DNA of 61,265 nucleotides from a virus: IMG/VR virus record IMGVR_UViG_3300037420_000518, positions 1 to 61,265 of that record; one strand, 5' to 3'. Shown piece by piece: positions 54,904 to 61,265 of this stretch (position 1 is its first letter; each line of letters starts with the position of its first letter). The notes under the pieces were generated by a model. It saw only the letters and a program-made list of their open reading frames with translations, ran no database searches and was not told where the DNA came from. The position numbers and the translations under genes were made by a program.

Positions 54904-57837
54904 GTGGTTACAGTAAACATCAATATTGTCAGCATTCTTGGCGTTCCATACCCAAATGCTGTAATTGTATTCACTCCAACAAGCACTCCGTTTTCCAATG
55001 GAGGAACAGTTGTGGCGTCAGGTGCTCGGCGCATATTCTTAGGAAGTGATGGGATTGCCTCAACGCAACTTGAGCCTGGAGGGTATTCTGTCACGTTTGA
55101 GGGCATAACGGGAAATACCGACTCCATCTCAATTAGTGTACCCAACAACAGCAATACCTATACGCTGATTGATTTGATAATTTCTGGTGCTCCTCCGGGA
55201 CCAAGCACACCTATTCCATATCTTGCTGTATCAAGCAACCTTTCAGACGTAGCCAACGCAGCTACGGCATTTGGTAACATCAAGCAGGCCGCAACTACTT
55301 CAGCGACCGGAGTTGTTCAGATAGCGACTCAGGAAGAGGTAGACGCAGGGACAGATGCATCGAAGTCGGTATCCCCGTATACGCTCGCCGCTGCATATAT
55401 CCCGTCTCATGGAAAGATTAGTTCAACTAGCGACGGCGTAGTCGTTTTCGAAGGTTCACAACTCGCTCTTGGTGGGGACTCTGGAGCGGATGGTTGGCCG
55501 TATCCATACTATATCGACAAGTCCGGTGTCTCAATCCTTAACTCTCTTGACGTTCAAAACGGCGCTGTTTTTCACAACAACGCTTGGGTGAATGGAGAGT
55601 TATTCCTTGGAATGACCGGAGACACAGGCGCAATCAATGCTATCGATGGATCAGCCACTCTGGCCTCTGGTGCAGTTTCAGTAGACGCATCCGGCAATGT
55701 TACAGTCAACAGTTTACTCGCAACCAACGCTACACTGACTCGCCAATATCTGGGCTGTGACGACGCCAGTAATCTCACCACTGGAACGTTGGCTGACGCT
55801 AGGTTGAGTTCGAATGTATTTGCTTCTTCCCGGTTTGTCTTAGCGTCCGCTCATGGGATTGTTGCTGATAGTCCTGGATCTGGAAGCAGCGGAACTGAGG
55901 AAGTAGCGGCGTGGAACACGCTAATTGATAGTGTTTCGGCTGCTGGTGGCGGAATCATCATCCAGCATGGGAAGTCCTTAATCAACGGTACGGTAAAGAT
56001 CAAGACCGGGGTTAAGATCGTCGGTTTGACTCGTGATTGTGGATTCGTACGGCATCCTTCCAGTCACAACTGCTTACTCAGCACAGACCTAACTGGAGCC
56101 ACTATATCCAATGAAAACGTTGCATTGGAGAACCTTACGTTCTATGGAAATTTCACAGGAGATAACTCTTCAATTCGCTTTGAGGCCGTTCCTCCTTACG
56201 GCTACAGTGTAAGTCCTACAACCGGAACCCTCGCGGGGGGATCGTGGTACGACTTAATTTGGTTTGGTTCGGTCAAGAATTTTGAGATCCGCAATGTATC
56301 GTGTATTGATGCTGTAACCTACGGATTTAAATTCTCCAACGCCTATCATGGTCGAGTTTATAACCCGATTGTTCGTTGGACCGACACTAGCCACAACAAT
56401 TCACCAAATCAAAACCATGACTCCATTCACTTCTGGGGCACGTGCGATGACATAATTTTCTATGGCGCATATTTAGAAAATGGCGATGATGATAATCTAG
56501 CTCTGAATACTGACGAGCAAATGGGTAGTGTTGCGGCGGGATACACTGACACGCGGCGTGGCATTCGGGGTGATTTGGACATATACGGCAATGCGATGGG
56601 CGACATCATGAATGTCACCTTCTATGACTCGATTTTCAAGGGTTCTAGTCAAGGCATCCGGCTCATAGGTTATGGGTTCAGTTCATCCAACATCAAAAAC
56701 GTTCGTTTCATCAACACCGAAGGAAGTCTCAGTCACATTGACATGCAATGTGATGGTGTAACAATTGACTACTTAGAAATCAAAGGTTGGAATGTAACTG
56801 GAACGAACGGCATCGTACTCAACGGCGCGTCTGCTGGAACCGTTCGACTCGAAGGCATTCCTTCTGGCGTTTCTGTTTCCACCGATGCTGGAACCAAAAC
56901 CGGTGATTACTTCTCTTCTGGAAGTAGTGTCTACCCTACTATTACCGGAAGTGGATCGGCTTCGGTAGATTTTGGAGCGTTGTCCGCTGGCGATATTTCA
57001 GAGCAGGGACTAACTTGCACTGGCGCTAAGGTCGGTGATTTGGTTCTGGTCGCTCCTCCTGTTGCTCCTCCTGCTGGATTGATTTGGTCTGGCTATGTTT
57101 CCGCAGCGGACTCAGTGACTCTCCGAGGATGCGCAATCACCTCAGTGAGTGCAGGAGCAAACACTTGGGGGGTGCAAACCTTACAGGGCCCAGCGGCTCC
57201 AGTGGATTTACTATCTGGTCTAATCGCCTATTGGAACCTGGATGAATCTTCTGGAGTGCGTGCTGACGCTACAGGAAATGGATGGGATCTGACGCCTACC
57301 GCCGCAACCGGCTCAACCACCGGAGCACTTAACGACGCTGCGCTGTTTGCCGGTTCAACAGCGTTACAGCAGACGGGATCATTCTCGTTGGGAAATGCAG
57401 TTTCTATTTCTGCCTGGGTTAGCGGCACGGGTTCTGGAGTAATTGCTAATCTCGGAATGCGCGATGATGTATCGAACAATTCGAACTATCGGTTGATCGT
57501 AATTGGAACCGACGCTGTTTGGCAAATCGACGGTGATGGAAACAACATCACTGGAACATTCACGAATGATGGCTCATGGCATCACTTAGTAGCAACCTAC
57601 GATGGAACAACTTCCACGCTTTATATTGATGGAGTATCAGTTGGAACAATGGCCGCTAGTGTAACATTTTCCGCTGACCTGTTTCAGATAGGCGCTTCAT
57701 TCAACTCCGCTCCGACGCTCAGCGGACAAGCTACCGGAGCGGCGGATGAGGTGGCTATGTACGAGCGTGCACTTAACTCCTCAGAGGTCACATCTCTATA
57801 CAACGGTGGAACTCCACTTCCATATTCATCCTTCTAA
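54904..57837 (+). CDS. Tailspike/tail fibre (977 aa) with a fibre N-terminal motif, a beta-helix-like centre and a C-terminal LamG/ConA-like lectin domain
   Basis: 'NLSDVANAATAFGNIKQAA...GVVQIATQEEVDAGT'. 'NVALENLTFYGN' repeats. C-terminal 'LIAYWNLDESSG...SAWV...WHHLVATYDGTTSTLYIDG...DEVAMYERALNSSEV'. Confidence 0.65.
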   Translation: MVTVNINIVSILGVPYPNAVIVFTPTSTPFSNGGTVVASGARRIFLGSDGIASTQLEPGGYSVTFEGITGNTDSISISVPNNSNTYTLIDLIISGAPPGPSTPIPYLAVSSNLSDVANAATAFGNIKQAATTSATGVVQIATQEEVDAGTDASKSVSPYTLAAAYIPSHGKISSTSDGVVVFEGSQLALGGDSGADGWPYPYYIDKSGVSILNSLDVQNGAVFHNNAWVNGELFLGMTGDTGAINAIDGSATLASGAVSVDASGNVTVNSLLATNATLTRQYLGCDDASNLTTGTLADARLSSNVFASSRFVLASAHGIVADSPGSGSSGTEEVAAWNTLIDSVSAAGGGIIIQHGKSLINGTVKIKTGVKIVGLTRDCGFVRHPSSHNCLLSTDLTGATISNENVALENLTFYGNFTGDNSSIRFEAVPPYGYSVSPTTGTLAGGSWYDLIWFGSVKNFEIRNVSCIDAVTYGFKFSNAYHGRVYNPIVRWTDTSHNNSPNQNHDSIHFWGTCDDIIFYGAYLENGDDDNLALNTDEQMGSVAAGYTDTRRGIRGDLDIYGNAMGDIMNVTFYDSIFKGSSQGIRLIGYGFSSSNIKNVRFINTEGSLSHIDMQCDGVTIDYLEIKGWNVTGTNGIVLNGASAGTVRLEGIPSGVSVSTDAGTKTGDYFSSGSSVYPTITGSGSASVDFGALSAGDISEQGLTCTGAKVGDLVLVAPPVAPPAGLIWSGYVSAADSVTLRGCAITSVSAGANTWGVQTLQGPAAPVDLLSGLIAYWNLDESSGVRADATGNGWDLTPTAATGSTTGALNDAALFAGSTALQQTGSFSLGNAVSISAWVSGTGSGVIANLGMRDDVSNNSNYRLIVIGTDAVWQIDGDGNNITGTFTNDGSWHHLVATYDGTTSTLYIDGVSVGTMAASVTFSADLFQIGASFNSAPTLSGQATGAADEVAMYERALNSSEVTSLYNGGTPLPYSSF

Positions 57838-57856
57838 CTAACCAAGCATACGGGCC

Positions 57857-58108
57857 GTGGATGCAAAACCAGCAAACATGCTAAGCCACCTACACGACAA
57901 AGGAACCTACGCGGCGGGATGGGGCATCGTCTCGCTTGTCATTCAAGAGTTGAACATCGACTCCACGCTAAAGGTGGTTGTTGGGTTGTTCACGATAGCC
58001 GTCTTGTACTTCACCATCCAGGAGAAACGGCATAAGATCAAGCTGACGAAGCTTCAGATCGAAGGCGAGATTAAGGAGCATCACCTTCCCAAAGAAGAGG
58101 ATGAGTAA
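57857..58108 (+). CDS. Holin candidate (83 aa, two TM segments, charged C-terminus)
   Basis: 'YAAGWGIVSLVIQEL...LKVVVGLFTIAVLYFTI' followed by a K/E-rich tail. GTG start (ATG alternative at 57878). Confidence 0.45.
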   Translation: MDAKPANMLSHLHDKGTYAAGWGIVSLVIQELNIDSTLKVVVGLFTIAVLYFTIQEKRHKIKLTKLQIEGEIKEHHLPKEEDE

Positions 58109-58308
58109 TGGAGCCTCCCCGCCATTCGCCGATTTGCCACCCTGTGCTAATCGCGGTTGAACAGGACGGGGAGGAAACCATGCTCGAAATAGAGCTTCAT
58201 GCTGGGTGCGTATTCCGGTACGCGCTCAATGAGAAAAGCCGCGCTTGGCTCTCGCACCAACTAAGGCACCCTGATTCTGTTCGGAGGGTATTGACGACGG
58301 GGGTATAG
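58108..58308 (+). CDS. Hypothetical protein (66 aa)
   Basis: TAATG overlap. Confidence 0.5.
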   Translation: MEPPRHSPICHPVLIAVEQDGEETMLEIELHAGCVFRYALNEKSRAWLSHQLRHPDSVRRVLTTGV

Positions 58309-58733
58309 TGGGTTCACTCATGATTATTGCAGAAAAAGGCTCACTCCTCACTAAACGCACCGGACAGGAATGGTTGGATCTTATCACCAAGATCGAAGAC
58401 CCTGTTTTACGCAAGAATGTCGCGTCAATCGTCTGGTACGACTTTTTTGGGAATCAGTTAGTAAGTGAGCGGTGGCCGCATCTTGATAACATCCTCAACA
58501 TCAAGTGGCCTTGGCCTAGTTCGATTGTCCCATATGTCGCATTTAGTGAAGCCGCCAAAGACAAGGTTTTGCGGGAATTGATCGCCATCGGATACCCAGA
58601 GGACAGGGCAAAACGTAGGCTCAACATCAAATTCCCGACTCCGGTTAACAAACGCGGGTACGACAGCAGCCGCGTTCGACACCGACAACAAAGTAATAAA
58701 AAATGTCTTCCATATCAGGGAAAACAGGCGTAG
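58308..58733 (+). CDS. Hypothetical protein (141 aa)
   Basis: GTG 58308 or ATG 58320. Basic C-terminus. Confidence 0.55.
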   Translation: MGSLMIIAEKGSLLTKRTGQEWLDLITKIEDPVLRKNVASIVWYDFFGNQLVSERWPHLDNILNIKWPWPSSIVPYVAFSEAAKDKVLRELIAIGYPEDRAKRRLNIKFPTPVNKRGYDSSRVRHRQQSNKKCLPYQGKQA

Positions 58734-58774
58734 AAGGGCTACTGAAACAGTAAAACACTTTCAGGAAACCCACT

Positions 58775-59170
58775 ATGTCGAACTTCATCACAAACGCATT
58801 TTCCAGCCTATTCTCACATCTCACCGGACTAGGTTCCGAAGCGTGGCATTACATCCAAGAGAACATCGTACCAATACTGAAACATGACGCGCTCGCCACT
58901 CTTCCAAAGCTGGCTCCGATTGCTGAAGCGGCGGTTATTCAAGTCGCTACATCGGGCAAGCCGGGTGTCGATAAGTTCAATGACGCAAAGGCCATCGTCA
59001 AACAGCAGGCTATTGCTACCGGCCTTGATGTTGCTGAACAGTTGTTCAACTCTGCCGTGCAACTCGCACACGACAAGCTCGCAGCAACGGGTCAGCTTCC
59101 CTCCTCATCTCCCGCTGGGGCTGCGCCCGTCAATCCAAGTGTACCAACTCCACCAGCAGCGACAAACTAA
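58775..59170 (+). CDS. Holin_LLH-like protein (131 aa)
   Basis: Hydrophobic N-terminus followed by 'AAVIQVATSGKPGVDKFNDAKAIVKQQAIATGLDVAEQLFNSAV', reminiscent of LL-H-type holins (from memory). Confidence 0.4.
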   Translation: MSNFITNAFSSLFSHLTGLGSEAWHYIQENIVPILKHDALATLPKLAPIAEAAVIQVATSGKPGVDKFNDAKAIVKQQAIATGLDVAEQLFNSAVQLAHDKLAATGQLPSSSPAGAAPVNPSVPTPPAATN

Positions 59171-59215
59171 GACCATTTGGGAGTTCTGGATTAAGTCAGG
59201 AACAATTCAGTTCTG

Positions 59216-59452
59216 ATGCAACCCCACAAACTAGATTACGTCGCCCTTGGGATTACGATCCTAGGGGCTTTTGCTGAACTGACGGACTACCTCCCGCCGA
59301 AGTACGCCGGGTTGATTATGATGGCGGTCGCGATGACGCGCGTTTACGTCCGTCTTGCAGGTCAAACACAGTCTCTAACTGATGGGCAAAACCTCGGAAA
59401 AGAGATCAAAACAGACATTGAGGTTATGGAGGCTAAGAAACCAATCAAATGA
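59216..59452 (+). CDS. Two-TM membrane protein (78 aa), holin/antiholin or spanin-like
   Basis: 'YVALGITILGAFAEL' and 'YAGLIMMAVAMTRVYV'. The stop overlaps the lysin start (ATGA). Confidence 0.45.
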   Translation: MQPHKLDYVALGITILGAFAELTDYLPPKYAGLIMMAVAMTRVYVRLAGQTQSLTDGQNLGKEIKTDIEVMEAKKPIK

Positions 59453-60066
59453 GCCTCTTCTCCTTCCTGAGTTCTCTATTCCAAAGCAAGTCATCCCCTC
59501 AAATCAGAATGACCCCCTACTGTGTAGTTGATGGTGTAACCGTCTACAAGCGAAACGACGGAACTTTGCAGTGGACCAGTAAGGCGGCTGTGGATGGAGA
59601 TGGAAGCCCGCGTTGTTACCACCCGGATTCAAAGTCAGGACTCGATTATCTTCGCGATGCTGGATCTGCCGGAAACTGGTTTGGAATCGTAACAAACGGC
59701 TCCGGTGATCCATACCTTCAGGGGATCAATGCGCCCGCTTACGAAGAGTCAACCAAGGGGTTCTTTGTATCCACTACTGCACTCGCTGCTGATCCAAGTC
59801 GCCCACAGAACGACCCGAGGCGATACGTCAACGCCGAGGAGGTTTCTTACATCGTCGTTCCAGGCGGAAAGGAGTTTGACCACCTGCTTGGGAAACATGC
59901 GGAAGTCACCTACAACAGCAAGACGATTTCTGCGATTGTGGCCGACCGTGGTCCACACAATGAGATCGGTGAAATCTCCATTAAGGCCGCGCAACTCTTG
60001 GGAATCAACTCTGATTGCCGACACGGCGGGGTAAGTTCCGGTGTTACATACGTGGTCTACATTTAG
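59449..60066 (+). CDS. Putative endolysin, GH75 chitosanase-like fold (205 aa)
   Basis: 'KAAVDGDGSPRCYHPD' and 'AIVADRGPHNEIGEISIKAAQLLG' resemble the DxDG and GEASI blocks of GH75 enzymes. It is the last gene of the lysis cluster. Confidence 0.45.
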   Translation: MSLFSFLSSLFQSKSSPQIRMTPYCVVDGVTVYKRNDGTLQWTSKAAVDGDGSPRCYHPDSKSGLDYLRDAGSAGNWFGIVTNGSGDPYLQGINAPAYEESTKGFFVSTTALAADPSRPQNDPRRYVNAEEVSYIVVPGGKEFDHLLGKHAEVTYNSKTISAIVADRGPHNEIGEISIKAAQLLGINSDCRHGGVSSGVTYVVYI

Positions 60067-60081
60067 TCGATTTTCATCGAA

Positions 60082-60121
60082 ACAGCCTCATGGGTAATCC
60101 CTGTGGGGCTGTTTTCGTTTT
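60082..60121 (+). terminator. Intrinsic terminator after the lysis cassette, homologous to the terL terminator
   Basis: ACAGCC...GGCTGT stem with an inner GGG-TAAT-CCC, followed by TTTCGTTTT. It shares GGGTAATCCCTG and GGCTGTTT-CGTTT with 28440..28477. Confidence 0.65.
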
Positions 60122-60185
60122 CACCCATAAAATACTCAGGGATTCCATTGACAAGTGACGCAAAATGCGGCACAACGGTATCGCA

Positions 60186-60347
60186 ATGAACATCCGTGTA
60201 GACGACAAATACAGGGCCGAATTCACGGCGCTCGCCAAGCAAAACAAGCGTAGCCTCAACAAAGAGGCTGACGTTGCCATTGAGCAATATCTAAAGGCCA
60301 ACCGAAAGGCATTGAAGGCCGGTCCTAAGCTGGAGTCTGCACGGTAA
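60186..60347 (+). CDS. Ribbon-helix-helix (Arc/CopG-like) protein (53 aa)
   Basis: 'MNIRVDDKYRAEFTALAKQNKRSLNKEADVAIEQYL'. The internal ATG at 60186 was chosen. Confidence 0.6.
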   Translation: MNIRVDDKYRAEFTALAKQNKRSLNKEADVAIEQYLKANRKALKAGPKLESAR

Positions 60348-60368
60348 ACCCTGAATCCCTTACTCTCA

Positions 60369-61265
60369 ATGGACGACAAAAACACAGAATTACAGGTTCT
60401 CGGACCAGAATCTTTAGCAGTAATTCACAGCGCCGAGATTGATCGGCAAATAGCGACGGCGCACCAGTATCCGCGATCCATGCAGCAGTTCAAGACTCGC
60501 GCTTTGGAGATGGCTACGCTGGATGAGGAAACGGCTGCTTCATGTCTATACTCGCGCCCTGTGGGGGGCGGCAAGTTCGCGGAAGGTCTTTCGATTCGTA
60601 CGGCTGAAATCGTAGGCGCTTCGTATGGAAACCTGCGGGTGTACGCTGAAATAATCGAGATGACGCCTAAGTTTGTGAAGGCTCGCGGCGTTGCCCATGA
60701 CCTTGAGAGCAACTTCGCTTCATCCTCGGAAGTCATTGAGCCGACGCTCAAGAAAGACGGAACGCCATACGATGAGCGTATGCGCATGGTTATCGCAAAG
60801 GCTGCCTGTGCAAAGGCCCGCCGTGACGCAACCTTCCAAGTTGTTCCGAAGGCACTGTGCAAGTTTATCGAATCAGCAGCCCGCAAGGTTATCGTTGGTG
60901 ACGCGGCTTCACTTGATAAGCGCCGCGCCCAAGCTATGCAGTGGGTAAACAAGCTATCCATTGACCCCAAGCGCGTATTCAAGGCTCTCGGGGTAAACGG
61001 TGAAGCTGAGATCGGCCTTGAGGAGCTTGTAACGCTAACTGGTATCCGTACAGCCATTAAGGACCAAGAAGTAACGATTGACGAGGCGTTCCCGGCAGAG
61101 CAGAAGCCCAAGCCTGCAACTGTCAGCAAGACGCCAGCGCCAGAGATCACCAAGCGCGATCAACTCCGAAACCTAATCAAAGGAAGCGGAATCACCGAAT
61201 CGCAGGTTTGCGCGTACAAGAGCGAGCTTTCAATCGACGGCATGAGCGACGAAACCGTGTCGGAT
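60369..61265 (+). CDS. Putative single-strand annealing recombinase (RecT/Red-beta-superfamily-like), 5' part; continues at 128..184 after the overlap is collapsed
   Basis: I translated an open frame from ATG 60369 to the window end with no stops. The exonuclease and SSB-like genes follow. The family assignment is tentative. Confidence 0.6.
   Translation, partial: MDDKNTELQVLGPESLAVIHSAEIDRQIATAHQYPRSMQQFKTRALEMATLDEETAASCLYSRPVGGGKFAEGLSIRTAEIVGASYGNLRVYAEIIEMTPKFVKARGVAHDLESNFASSSEVIEPTLKKDGTPYDERMRMVIAKAACAKARRDATFQVVPKALCKFIESAARKVIVGDAASLDKRRAQAMQWVNKLSIDPKRVFKALGVNGEAEIGLEELVTLTGIRTAIKDQEVTIDEAFPAEQKPKPATVSKTPAPEITKRDQLRNLIKGSGITESQVCAYKSELSIDGMSDETVSD
61139..61265. repeat. Terminal direct repeat copy B (identical to 1..127)
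   Basis: Exact 127-bp identity with the window start. Confidence 0.9.

Noticed and set aside
60148-60185. Sigma-70-type promoter from TTGACA at 60149
   Set aside because: No acceptable -10 hexamer lies 16-19 nt downstream (CACAAC at 17 nt), so I did not annotate it.
60425-61153. 242-aa minus-strand ORF at the right end
   Set aside because: It is antisense to the frame I translated as the recombinase, which is open to the window end and is therefore missing from the ORF track. Its Ser/Ala/Arg-rich composition is that of a shadow.

Overview
The window is a complete tailed dsDNA phage genome of about 61.1 kb, either circularly closed or terminally redundant. Bases 1..127 are identical to 61139..61265, and one gene reads in frame across that junction, giving a unit length of 61,138 bp. 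Coding density is high. Two divergent transcription arms leave a control region at about 24.1-24.56 kb, which carries four clustered GTTAAC half-sites. The arms converge on a hairpin at 18958..18983.

Rightward arm (24563 -> junction -> 18954), in order:
- small regulators, terminase small and large subunits, portal, scaffold
- a 2.3-kb non-structural cassette, then the major capsid gene
- adaptor- and tubular-size proteins, an Ig-repeat protein, and three internal-virion-size proteins, one of them a 1706-aa polyvalent-type giant
- an ATP-grasp-like enzyme, fibre and tailspike genes, and a lysis cassette
- a recombination module (annealing protein, PD-(D/E)XK exonuclease, mini SSB-like protein)
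- many small early ORFs, a PP-loop (PAPS-reductase-like) enzyme, a T5orf172 protein, a replication organiser and a DnaB helicase
- an SNF2-helicase/DNA-methyltransferase fusion, a resolvase-like nuclease and an XRE regulator

Leftward arm (24349 -> 19033): about 17 small ORFs, including an HNH endonuclease and several zinc-ribbon proteins.

I could not recognise an integrase, DNA polymerase, RNA polymerase, tape-measure or sheath gene. A virulent short-tailed phage with T7-like structural gene order is therefore my best guess, and this is inference.

The most unusual features, all read directly from the sequence:
1. Two oversize tRNA-like RNAs (1369..1493, 16125..16258) have genuine acceptor, D and T-arm architecture, but each carries a duplicated T-arm-like hairpin and lacks a normal anticodon arm. 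A related structured RNA lies at 34405..34508.
2. The cassette between scaffold and capsid holds structured RNAs, a zinc-ribbon regulator with TGTCTC palindromes, small membrane proteins and a terminator-bounded sRNA candidate.
3. Several leftward genes carry a pyrimidine leader motif in place of a Shine-Dalgarno sequence.
4. A conserved motif of about 40 bp sits upstream of both the capsid gene and a fibre gene.

All functional names rest on motifs I recognised by eye. No database search was run.
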